Below the pieces are notes generated by a model. The model saw nothing but the letters and a program-made list of their open reading frames with translations. It was not told the origin of the DNA and did not search any database. Below are positions 1-8,705 of a stretch of 43,991 nucleotides of DNA, in pieces (the stretch's first letter is position 1; every line of letters starts with the position of its first letter). The DNA lies in NCBI GenBank assembly GCA_011040095.1, contig DRDE01000314.1, forward strand, positions 1-43,991, in the 5' to 3' direction. The position numbers were made by a program, and so were the translations under genes. Origin of the DNA: Nitrospirota bacterium. Its GTDB lineage: Bacteria; Nitrospirota; Thermodesulfovibrionia; UBA6902.

Positions 1-2480
1 ATAATATGATCCTCTGTATCTATACCTTCAAATGTCAATTTGTATACAGCCCAGAATCCGCTTTTACCGAGGTAAGGCTCGATTTGAGAAACTTTATGCC
101 CGCCCTTTGTATAACATAATGTAATAGAATGAATACGTTCTGATGATTCGGTCTTTAAGTTGTTTATAATATCTTTCACCATTGGATGTCTGAGATGCAA
201 TCTCTCGGCGTCAATATCTTTATTGTGCCTGCCGACATAATAATATCCGCGGCTCATACTCTCTTTGCCCGAAATGCTGAATGATCCGGGCGCTGGATCA
301 ATCTTTAAGAGATAGCAGGCATTTGACAATTTGTATTCAGTCGGGCATAAGCTGCTTATTATTAATTTTGCAAGCATTATGTCCAAAGCACTCAAATCCT
401 GCTTTATTTTATTGTCAATTACTTTGAATCTTGCCCTGACCTCATCATCAAAGTTTTCAAGAAGCTTGGACCTTGTTTCTATTATTTTTTTATTGATCTG
501 TTCCGCAAGCTCTGCCTGGAGTTTATCGAATGCCTTATTGATTTCATCATCTGTGCGGCAGGACTGATATATGTCAAGAATGCGTTTCTCGAAATCAACG
601 CCCGAGCCTATAGAGCCAAGTATTTCATCCGAAGCGCCAAACAAGCCGCTGAAAAGTCTGAACTTCTGGTCAAGGAGTTCATATACCCTGCAGTCAGCGG
701 CAATTTTCCTGTTCAGGAAATTAAGAGCAATCACATCATATTTCTGCCCGTACCTATGGCATCGTCCTACTCTCTGCTCTATTCGCTGCGGGTTCCAGGG
801 GAGATCAAAATTTATAACAAGGTTGCAGAACTGAAGGTTAATGCCTTCTGCCCCGGCTTCAGTGGTAAGGAATATCCTGGTATGACGGTGAAATTCATGA
901 ATTAATGCGTCTCTGATCGCGACCGCCCTTGATATGTATCCTCCTGTTTCATGATGCGGTCTTTCTTTCACCCATCTGTCATAAGCCCTTTTGGCTGTTA
1001 CACCATTATTTGAGCCGTTAAAGACTGTTATCAACTCCTTATATCCATTGTCGGAAAGCAGATTGAAAAGATACTCCTGCGTCCTCCTTGACTCTGTAAA
1101 TATGACCGCTTTCTCATGCCATCCCATTTTCCTGCAGTGGGCAAAAGCCTTGTCCAGAGCAATAAGCAGTGCATCCCCCTTTGATGTCTTCTGAATGGAT
1201 TCGGCAAGGTTCCGCATATGAATCAATTCGCTTTTTTCAGCCTCCAGCTCTTCCTCTGTGAAAAATCTCCCGTTTGCGTTTTCAGTGTCTATATCTCCAG
1301 TTTCTACAGGTTCTGTATCCTCTCTTTTGGCGATTTCTTCGGATTCTTCTTCATAGCCGTCAACATCATCAAGCAATTCACTTATCTGAATGGTTTTTTG
1401 ATCGGATAACAACTTGTTAATATTGTTAATCAGCCCGTTAAGCGTTTTTGCAATCGCAAAACTTGAACTCGCAAGGATTTTCCAAAAAACCAATATTAAA
1501 AGGTGACGATATTTCGAGTTTATAGCTGCAACATCGGGCCTTCTCAAATACTCTGAAACAAGTTCATAAAGCTCGGCTTCATCATCAGTCGGCGTAAAAT
1601 CCTCTACCATTGACAAACGGTTTGTGTAGCGGACATATTCCTGAACCTGCCGCCTGAGAGTCCGCACCGCAATACCCGATATCCGTTCTTTTAAAGTCTC
1701 CTCATTTACAGACTCACGCCCGTTGTTGTCTGCCAGAAACATCTTTCTGAACGAATATTCAGAGCCAAAGGTCTTGTCTTCAATAAAACTCACCAGTCCA
1801 TACAGTTCCATCAGGGAATTTTGCAGCGGAGTTGCTGTCAGGAGAAGCTTGGGAATTCCGGCGAATAACTTTTTAAGCGTCCTGGCCTGCTTGCTGCCGG
1901 ACTTTTTATAAACATTCCTCAGGCGGTGCGCCTCATCTATTACCACCAGGTCCCATTTACCCACTGCCGCAATTTCAGCGCTTTTTGAATAAGCAAAGGG
2001 GATGGAAACAATAACGACTGCATTTCTTTTAAAGGGGTTTGTTTTTCCGTTTTTTTTAGACGCCCGATATTCGAATCCGTCAACTATAACACCCGGCACG
2101 TCAAACTTTTCGCGCAGCTCATTTTGCCACTGCTGACGTATGGGCGCCGGTACTACAGCGATAATCTTTCGTTTACCTTCCGCCCATAACTGGCTGATCA
2201 CCAGTCCCGCTTCAATAGTCTTTCCAAGGCCGACTTCATCGCAGAGTATTGCCCCGCGCGACATCGGAGATTTAAAGGCAAAGAGCGCCGCATCTACCTG
2301 ATGGGGATTCAGGTCAACCATTGCTGCTGAAAGAGGGGATTCCAGTTTCTTCAGATCATGCGCTGCCCGTTTGAGTGTGAGTTCATGGGCGGTTATGATT
2401 TGGTGGAAAAGGGGGAGTATCTTGAAATTATCACAATAATCGTCAAGTCCTTGGCGTGTACTGCCTGATGATTTCTTCAT
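1..2480 (-). CDS. SNF2-family (RapA/Rad54-like) helicase/ATPase, N-terminal >826 codons; ORF runs off the left edge of the window
   Basis: Absent from the ORF track because there is no stop inside the window. My own translation from the ATG at 2478-2480 stays open to position 1 (MKKSSGSTRQGLDDY...). Helicase motifs: I CDEVGLGKTIEAG, II VVIDEAHRLRN, III LLLTATPLQNSLMELY, V TTEAGAEGINLQ, VI DLPWNPQRIEQRVGRCHRYGQ. The short + strand ORFs at 331-1911 are its shadows. Confidence 0.85.
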   Translation of the reverse strand, partial: MKKSSGSTRQGLDDYCDNFKILPLFHQIITAHELTLKRAAHDLKKLESPLSAAMVDLNPHQVDAALFAFKSPMSRGAILCDEVGLGKTIEAGLVISQLWAEGKRKIIAVVPAPIRQQWQNELREKFDVPGVIVDGFEYRASKKNGKTNPFKRNAVVIVSIPFAYSKSAEIAAVGKWDLVVIDEAHRLRNVYKKSGSKQARTLKKLFAGIPKLLLTATPLQNSLMELYGLVSFIEDKTFGSEYSFRKMFLADNNGRESVNEETLKERISGIAVRTLRRQVQEYVRYTNRLSMVEDFTPTDDEAELYELVSEYLRRPDVAAINSKYRHLLILVFWKILASSSFAIAKTLNGLINNINKLLSDQKTIQISELLDDVDGYEEESEEIAKREDTEPVETGDIDTENANGRFFTEEELEAEKSELIHMRNLAESIQKTSKGDALLIALDKAFAHCRKMGWHEKAVIFTESRRTQEYLFNLLSDNGYKELITVFNGSNNGVTAKRAYDRWVKERPHHETGGYISRAVAIRDALIHEFHRHTRIFLTTEAGAEGINLQFCNLVINFDLPWNPQRIEQRVGRCHRYGQKYDVIALNFLNRKIAADCRVYELLDQKFRLFSGLFGASDEILGSIGSGVDFEKRILDIYQSCRTDDEINKAFDKLQAELAEQINKKIIETRSKLLENFDDEVRARFKVIDNKIKQDLSALDIMLAKLIISSLCPTEYKLSNACYLLKIDPAPGSFSISGKESMSRGYYYVGRHNKDIDAERLHLRHPMVKDIINNLKTESSERIHSITLCYTKGGHKVSQIEPYLGKSGFWAVYKLTFEGIDTEDHI

Positions 2481-2487
2481 GAGATAT

Positions 2488-4083
2488 TCACGCCCCGCTT
2501 TTTAGGTGATAGTTCTGTTTCATTATTAATATTTTTTCAAATAAATCCATGCACTTTTTATAGAGAAAAGAGTCTGTTGGGGTTATGCCTGTATCTGCTT
2601 GTAATTTATCCAAAGTTTCCTTCTGGGAATGACTTTCAATATTTTTCATTATTTCTGCTAAACCGATTCCGGCATATAGATACGGCTGGAGTTCTTCCAA
2701 CTCGTCTATAGATAAGATAATCCATGATGGGGAATTAATGTTATGCGTGTTATTAAGCAATTTATTTACATGCTTCTCAAACAAGAAAGAGTTTATGAGG
2801 TAAAACGACCCAAAAGAAACGAAAACAGATATGACTTTTGAACAATCATGAAATTCTTCAAGCCCTTTTGCCTTTGTAAGAATTGCATTTCTAAATTCAT
2901 GAAGTCCAACCAGCCCTTTTATAACCTGTTTTAAACTATTATTAATATCCTCTTCTGAGGCAGTTGTTAGAGCAACCCTTGAAAACTTTGTTGCCTTTAC
3001 TTGAAAAATAATGGCCGTATCCCCTTCGACTACAACCCAGTCAGGTAGTTTCCCTTTTTTGTATTTTCTCTTAATCATATCTTCAGAGTATATCTTGCAT
3101 CTATTTATTGAGTTTTCAAGAATTATCCCCACATACTCTTCAAATATAAGTCCGAACCATTGTGAAAACTCTTCTAAATAATTATTGAACATTTGATAAT
3201 AAATACCCGTTGATATTCTGTAGCATATAAGATTGGGAATGGGTGCAGTTAATCTGTCAGAATCCATTCCTAACAAGGGGCTGTCTTTCCATGGCCTTAT
3301 TATAGGATAGGAAAATAAAGGATTAAAATCGTATGCTCTGAATCGTCTGTCTCTGTTTTTGCGGTTTTCAAAAACTCCTCGGAACTGTGTAGGTGTGGCC
3401 GAAACATTATTTAAAATAGTTACGGTAGTGTCGTCATCAGGAAGTTTTAGCCCTTGTTGTCGGGCGACTTCAAAATAGCCTCTTGCAAATCCTGCTTTGC
3501 TTTGTGCGGCAGACCAGGCAACCAGTCCAATCGACAAAAAATCTTCAAGTGTTGCTCCGGTTATCTTTTGAAATTCAAAATGAAAATCAAACGCTGGGAC
3601 ATCTTTCCTTTTTTCAGCCCTTTTTATTGCTTCACCATAGAGAATCAGGGTTTGAGAGTAAGAAGCATAGGGATTGACGTTGTAGGAAAACTGGCTTGCT
3701 GAATGTCTCAGAGAAAGGAAGATCGGATTTTCTTCTTTGAATTTTTCAGCGAGTTCTTTATCAAAAGTAATTGGATCAGCTAACAGATAGTTTGTAACCA
3801 GCATTTCAAGCTGGGACAATGCATACAAGTCAAAGACCTTTCCATTTCTGTGAGGATTTGTAAAGCGAACAGCAAAAGAGGCGATACCAGCAGCAGTAAA
3901 AAATGGCAGACCCTTCGGAAGAAAGCGGTGGATATCAGAATTTGGATTTTCTAATTCTTTCAGTGCATTATTTACAGATATAAGAATATCATTTGATTTA
4001 AATTTTCTTATCTCATGTTTTATCCTGCTCTCAAGTTTATCTATATTTAGAGAGCCATTGCTATTAAAAAAAGTTTTATCCAA
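2488..4083 (-). CDS. Hypothetical 531-aa protein with a putative PD-(D/E)xK-like nuclease core (E...D...QxK)
   Basis: Long intact ORF. Its stop is 7 nt before the SNF2 start, and its start overlaps the PIN gene stop by 8 nt. Core pattern: FGLIFEEYVGIIL (helix with E), KLPDWVVVEG (D at a strand start), AIIFQVKATKF (QxK). The function is inferred from this pattern only. Confidence 0.6.
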   Translation of the reverse strand: MDKTFFNSNGSLNIDKLESRIKHEIRKFKSNDILISVNNALKELENPNSDIHRFLPKGLPFFTAAGIASFAVRFTNPHRNGKVFDLYALSQLEMLVTNYLLADPITFDKELAEKFKEENPIFLSLRHSASQFSYNVNPYASYSQTLILYGEAIKRAEKRKDVPAFDFHFEFQKITGATLEDFLSIGLVAWSAAQSKAGFARGYFEVARQQGLKLPDDDTTVTILNNVSATPTQFRGVFENRKNRDRRFRAYDFNPLFSYPIIRPWKDSPLLGMDSDRLTAPIPNLICYRISTGIYYQMFNNYLEEFSQWFGLIFEEYVGIILENSINRCKIYSEDMIKRKYKKGKLPDWVVVEGDTAIIFQVKATKFSRVALTTASEEDINNSLKQVIKGLVGLHEFRNAILTKAKGLEEFHDCSKVISVFVSFGSFYLINSFLFEKHVNKLLNNTHNINSPSWIILSIDELEELQPYLYAGIGLAEIMKNIESHSQKETLDKLQADTGITPTDSFLYKKCMDLFEKILIMKQNYHLKSGA

Positions 4084-4573
4084 TTTTTTTCAATCTCTTT
4101 AGAAACTCAATCAGAATTTCTTCTCTTATTCGATATCCCTTTTGCATTAAATCGAGTGATAATAATTCCGTAGTTTCCCGGTCAATCATACCGGACTTAA
4201 AAGAATCCCATAATATACCGAGAGTCCCCTTTGTTTTTAATCCCCTGAATCTGGCGACAGTCCTTGCTTTTGCTTCATCTATTAGAACTATGCCGATCTT
4301 ATTTCTGACAGCAAGACTTATAACAGCTCTTTCACCGGAGCCGAGAAAGTGCGGCAGGTTTTTTAAAAGAGGAGTTTTCACAGCCTCTATTTTTCTGCTA
4401 TCAAGATAGTGTATTATCTGTTGTGCATCTTCTTTTCGGAGCTTGAGACCTCTTGCAATTTCTGCTTCTACCTGTGATGGAACATAAAGTTTGAAATTAT
4501 CAAGAAGTTCGAGCCTGTTTATCTTTCCGAGAAATATCAGAGGGGAAGCATTGCAAACCACCCTATCAGGCAT
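4076..4573 (-). CDS. PIN-like DUF3368-family toxin, partner of the UPF0175 antitoxin
   Basis: The track ORF is 4076-4654. The likely true start is the internal ATG at 4571-4573 (MPDRVVCNASPLIFLGKINRLELL...), which overlaps the upstream stop as TAATG. Family-typical segments: NASPLIFL, GSGERAVISLA, VLIDEAKAR, KGTLGIL. Confidence 0.75.
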   Translation of the reverse strand: MPDRVVCNASPLIFLGKINRLELLDNFKLYVPSQVEAEIARGLKLRKEDAQQIIHYLDSRKIEAVKTPLLKNLPHFLGSGERAVISLAVRNKIGIVLIDEAKARTVARFRGLKTKGTLGILWDSFKSGMIDRETTELLSLDLMQKGYRIREEILIEFLKRLKKIG

Positions 4574-4854
4574 TATCTTATATCCTCTGCAAGCTCTTCC
4601 ATTGAATAGTCTATATGTATGTCCGCTTTCTTTATTTTCTCTATCATCTCCCATATGTCTATTGAAAGCATTCCAGCGGCTTTCTGAAGGGTTATCTTCC
4701 GGCTTCTGTAAAGTTGAAGGACATTTTTTTCATTTAAAACGAGAAGTCCCTGTTTTAACGCCTTTGGTATGATGTCCTGGACTTTTACACCATATGTTTT
4801 AGAGACTCGTTCAGCTTCTTTGTATAAATTTTCTTTTAGTTTTACAGACTTCAT
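4573..4854 (-). CDS. UPF0175-family antitoxin
   Basis: 93-aa ORF. The C-terminal LQLYRSRKITLQKAAGMLSIDIWEMIEKIKKADIHIDYSMEELAEDI matches the usual UPF0175 pattern (LY..g.iSlgkAAe....s..ef...l.k.gi......eel.eDl). It is coupled to the DUF3368 gene. Confidence 0.75.
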   Translation of the reverse strand: MKSVKLKENLYKEAERVSKTYGVKVQDIIPKALKQGLLVLNEKNVLQLYRSRKITLQKAAGMLSIDIWEMIEKIKKADIHIDYSMEELAEDIR

Positions 4855-4866
4855 TTTATCCCTCCA

Positions 4867-5118
4867 TTAATTGAGCTTCTTCTCGAAGCCAATCATTTCG
4901 TTTTCAGGCACTGCGTTTATTACATAGCCGCATTCTGAAAGATAATCATCAAGTGTCCCCATTTCTTTCATCTCGGCAAACTGTATTTTTACCACCTCAT
5001 CAAGGTTGGCTTTTGCCTCTTCAATAGTCCGCCCCTGAGCAATAAAATCCAGTTCAGGGATTTTGGCTATACACCATTCCCCTTTCTGCCATAACTCAAT
5101 CGTTGATTGTAATTTCAT
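4867..5118 (-). CDS. HicB-like (UPF0150) antitoxin-fold protein, with no adjacent HicA
   Basis: 83 aa. ELWQKGEWCIAKIPELDFIAQGRTIEEAKANLDEVVKIQFAEM fits the HicB N-terminal fold pattern (..g.w.A.vPel.g..tqG.TleEA..nl.eai). Confidence 0.65.
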   Translation of the reverse strand: MKLQSTIELWQKGEWCIAKIPELDFIAQGRTIEEAKANLDEVVKIQFAEMKEMGTLDDYLSECGYVINAVPENEMIGFEKKLN

Positions 5119-5181
5119 TTAAACCTCCCGACAGTTTTCCATTATGGCCGTTATCAAGCGCTTATTAATTATATCAAAGAG

Positions 5182-8100
5182 TTATGAATCTATCATTTCT
5201 CCGTTTTCGTTGTTGTCTAAATCACTTTGGACGAATGTATCCTTATATTTTTCAAAACCTGTACCCGCAGGGATTAACCGCCCCATAATGACATTTTCTT
5301 TTAATCCCTTCAGGTGATCAACATCTCCTTCAATAGCCGCCTCTGTTAATATCCTGGTTGTCTCTTGAAATGACGCTGCTGATATCCAGCTATTTGCTGA
5401 CAAAGCTGCTTTAGTGATTCCAAGCAACACTGGCTGACCAACTGCCTCTTTTCCACCATCTAATGAAACAACGACATTTTCTTCGAGAAATTTACGTCTT
5501 TCTGTAATTTCTCCCATCAGAAACATAGTGTCGCCTGGAGCTGTGATCTTTATTTTTTCAGTCATTTTTCTGATGATAATTTCAAAATGCTTATCATTAA
5601 TTTTGATATTATTCGCTTTATACGTTTTTTGAAGTTCGTTCAGGAGAAATAAATGAACTTCTCTTCCCCCTTTATCGTTAAGTATTTTATGTGGGTCTAT
5701 CAAAGTTTTGTCTTTCGGCCTTCTTGCCTCAAAAAGTTCGATAATTCTGAATAAATCAATGACGGGCATTTCATCTTCTGTCTCACATCTGCCTGATCTG
5801 CGGCTGTTCAAAACAAACTGTGTTCCGGGTTCTCCTATTGACTGGGCTGCCAGGATTCCGACAGCCGTGCCTGTTTCAACTGTCCTGCCGGTTGATAAGT
5901 CCCGACCATAACATCTTGCGCATACGCCGTTTTCGGAAAGGCATGTAAGAACAGACCTTGCTCTCACCTTTTTAATGCCGGCATCGGTTATTCGTCTGGC
6001 AACGCTATTAGTAATTTCTTCGTTTAATCCCAGTATAACTTCCCCTGTTTCAGGATTCCGTATCTCCTCGGCCGATATGCGTCCTGTTATTCTGTCATCA
6101 AGCTTATGAATAATTTTTTTATTTACAACTATTTCATCTAATGTAATTCCGTCTCCTGTGGCGCAGTCTTCTTTTTGAATAATAGTGTCCTGTACCACAT
6201 CTATAAGCCTTCTTGTTAACCATCCGGCATTTGCAGTCATCATCTCTGTATCAATAATACTGTTTCTCGCTCCGGTAGATAACATAAAATATTGAACAGG
6301 TGAAAGACCTTCCTTAAAATTTGCCGTAATAGGATACTCCATAAACTTTTCCGAAGGCTTCACTATATGTCCCGGCACCATTCCGGCAAGCCTTATTAAC
6401 AGGGCAGCAGAGTTTTTTGCGCCTGAGTTGATCATCATATGAATGTTGTTCCCTTTGTCCTTCTTAAGTTCTGTCACTATTTCATTGTTTATAATTCCGG
6501 CAGCTTTTTGCCAAGTCTCTGTAACAGCATCTCTTCGCTCTTCAGTGGAAATGGTTTCATCATCTTCACTTTCATTTGCATTTATGAACCCGTATACATG
6601 CTTCTGGGCATCTTCAACTACCGCCTGTTTACATGAGGGTACACGTATATCATCCATGCTTATAGATATGCCCGATCTTGTGGCATACTCAAATCCGATC
6701 CTCATGAGACGGTCAAGGACTTCGGCTGTGTCCTGTCTGCCGAAATCGTTATGCAGGAGCATCACAATTTCTTCAAGACAGTTTTGTGTCACTGTCCGGT
6801 TTACTTTTTCAAAAGGGAACCCGCATGGGAATATATCATACAAAATGACCTTGCCTGCGGTAGTATCATGAAGACTCTCCTGTATTCTAACTTTTATCTT
6901 TGAGTGCTCATTTATAAATCCTGAATCATAAGCGTGTCTTACTTCATCGGCGCTGGAAAATACGGATGGGCAGGTCTCAGCGTCAGGCATATCAGCCGTT
7001 AAATAATAGATACCGAGAAGCATGTCCTGTGTCGGCATTGCGGCAGGTTTGCCGTTTGCAGGGTTTAAAATAGTGTTAACAGACATCATCAGCGCCCTTG
7101 CCTCTACCTGCGCCTCTATTGATAAAGGAACATGGACAGCCATCTGGTCACCGTCAAAGTCAGCATTGAATCCCTTGCATACAAGCGGGTGCAGCTTTAT
7201 CGCCTTACCCTCAACAAGTACCGGGTCAAATGCCTGCATTCCGAGACAGTGAAGAGTCGGCATTCTGTTAAGAAGCACAGGATGTTCCCTGATGACTTCA
7301 TCAAGGCAGTCCCAAATGATATCCTCTCCACGTTCAACGACTTTCTTGGCAGCTTTGATCGTGGTGACAAATCCTTTTTCTTCAAGTTTGCTGAATATGT
7401 AAGGTTTAAACATTTCAATGGCCATTTTCTTCGGCAATCCACACTGATGAAGCCGTAGTGCCGGGTCCGGCACGATGACGGACCTGCCGGAGTAGTCAAC
7501 TCTTTTACCGAGAAGGTTCTGCCTGAAGCGGCCCTCTTTACCCTTTATCATGTCGCTTAAGGACTTAAGCGGCCTCTTGGTTACTGCCTTTAGTACACGG
7601 CTCCTCCTCCCGTTGTCAAAGAGTGCGTCAACAGCTTCCTGGAGCATCCTTTTTTCATTTCTGATAATGACACTGGGGGCATTCAGTGCCATCAGTCTTT
7701 TCAAGCTGATATTTCTATTTATAACCCGTCTATAAAGATCGTTTAAATCTGAAGTGGCAAACCGTCCGCCTTCAAGCGGTACCAACGGTCGAAGGTCAGG
7801 TGGCAACACGGGAATAACGTCCATAACCATCCACTCCGGTCTGTTCCCTGATCGTCTGAATGCCTCCACAACTTTTAATCTCTTTGCAAGTTTTTCTTTC
7901 GTGGTTTTGGCATTTGTCTGTCGTATCTTTGCTCTAATGTCTTTTGCCAGAGTATCAAGGTTAATCTTTTGCAGGAGTACTTTTACCGCTTCAGCGCCAA
8001 TACCTGCCTTGAATTTATCGCCGAACTCCTGGACCCTTTTTCTGTATTCCTCACCTGTCAGAAGTTCTTTTTCTTTTAACTTTGTTTCACCGGGGTCAAC

Positions 8101-8538
8101 GACTATATAACTTTCAAAGTAAAGCACCGTTTCAAGCTGGCGCATGGTCATGTCAAGCAGTGTACCGATAATATTTTGACGACCTTTCCAGTACCATATA
8201 TGGGCAACAGGTGTGCACAGCTCTATGTGACCGAGCCTTTCACGTCTTGCCTTTGCCTGTATGACCTCAACCCCGCATTTGTCACAGACAACCCCCCTGT
8301 GTTTCATTCTCTTATATTTGCCGCATATGCATTCCCAGTCTTTGACAGGACCAAATATTTTTGCACAGAAGAGCCCATCACGTTCAGGCTTGAAAGTTCT
8401 ATAGTTTATGGTTTCCGGATTTTTTACTTCTCCATAAGACCATTCCCTTATTTTTTCAGGAGAGGCGAGGCTTATCTTAACCGCATTAAATGTCGTTAGA
8501 TTTTTGGGCTTTTCAAATATTGAGTAGATATCTTCCAT
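5182..8538 (-). CDS. rpoC: RNA polymerase beta-prime subunit paralog: orphan (no rpoB adjacent) and divergent in the trigger loop, F-loop, bridge helix and jaw
   Basis: 1118-aa ORF. N-terminus FNAVKISLASPEKIREWSYGEVKNPETINYRTFKPERDGLFCAKIFGP; Zn ribbon CICGKYKRMKHRGVVCDKCGVEV; catalytic NADFDGDQMAVHVPLS; C-terminal FQETTRILTEAAIEG...KENVIMGRLIPAGTG. Divergences are listed in the findings. Confidence 0.9.
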   Translation of the reverse strand: MEDIYSIFEKPKNLTTFNAVKISLASPEKIREWSYGEVKNPETINYRTFKPERDGLFCAKIFGPVKDWECICGKYKRMKHRGVVCDKCGVEVIQAKARRERLGHIELCTPVAHIWYWKGRQNIIGTLLDMTMRQLETVLYFESYIVVDPGETKLKEKELLTGEEYRKRVQEFGDKFKAGIGAEAVKVLLQKINLDTLAKDIRAKIRQTNAKTTKEKLAKRLKVVEAFRRSGNRPEWMVMDVIPVLPPDLRPLVPLEGGRFATSDLNDLYRRVINRNISLKRLMALNAPSVIIRNEKRMLQEAVDALFDNGRRSRVLKAVTKRPLKSLSDMIKGKEGRFRQNLLGKRVDYSGRSVIVPDPALRLHQCGLPKKMAIEMFKPYIFSKLEEKGFVTTIKAAKKVVERGEDIIWDCLDEVIREHPVLLNRMPTLHCLGMQAFDPVLVEGKAIKLHPLVCKGFNADFDGDQMAVHVPLSIEAQVEARALMMSVNTILNPANGKPAAMPTQDMLLGIYYLTADMPDAETCPSVFSSADEVRHAYDSGFINEHSKIKVRIQESLHDTTAGKVILYDIFPCGFPFEKVNRTVTQNCLEEIVMLLHNDFGRQDTAEVLDRLMRIGFEYATRSGISISMDDIRVPSCKQAVVEDAQKHVYGFINANESEDDETISTEERRDAVTETWQKAAGIINNEIVTELKKDKGNNIHMMINSGAKNSAALLIRLAGMVPGHIVKPSEKFMEYPITANFKEGLSPVQYFMLSTGARNSIIDTEMMTANAGWLTRRLIDVVQDTIIQKEDCATGDGITLDEIVVNKKIIHKLDDRITGRISAEEIRNPETGEVILGLNEEITNSVARRITDAGIKKVRARSVLTCLSENGVCARCYGRDLSTGRTVETGTAVGILAAQSIGEPGTQFVLNSRRSGRCETEDEMPVIDLFRIIELFEARRPKDKTLIDPHKILNDKGGREVHLFLLNELQKTYKANNIKINDKHFEIIIRKMTEKIKITAPGDTMFLMGEITERRKFLEENVVVSLDGGKEAVGQPVLLGITKAALSANSWISAASFQETTRILTEAAIEGDVDHLKGLKENVIMGRLIPAGTGFEKYKDTFVQSDLDNNENGEMIDS

Positions 8539-8705
8539 TAATCATCCCCTTATTTGCAAGTATCCAGATTTTAACATAAAGAAGGTAATAGAAAGGAAGA
8601 AAAAGCTTTACATCCAGAGTTCCAATTTGCCTTGATTGTGTAACATATTGTATGTTTTCTTGAAGAGTACATAACAAGACTAAAGATATTTGGATTGCAA
8701 AACTT

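Noticed and set aside
331-1911. Five short + strand ORFs (62-87 aa) in the first 2 kb
   Set aside because: They lie antisense to a continuous >826-codon minus-strand ORF that carries all SNF2 helicase motifs. They are shadow ORFs with low-complexity translations.
5182-8538. Reading this as the housekeeping rpoC
   Set aside because: There is no rpoB upstream. The trigger-loop MRxFH residues are absent, regions F and the bridge helix are altered, and the jaw is missing. It sits in a TA/nuclease island next to a decayed second copy. It is kept as a paralog; confirmation needs the rest of the genome.
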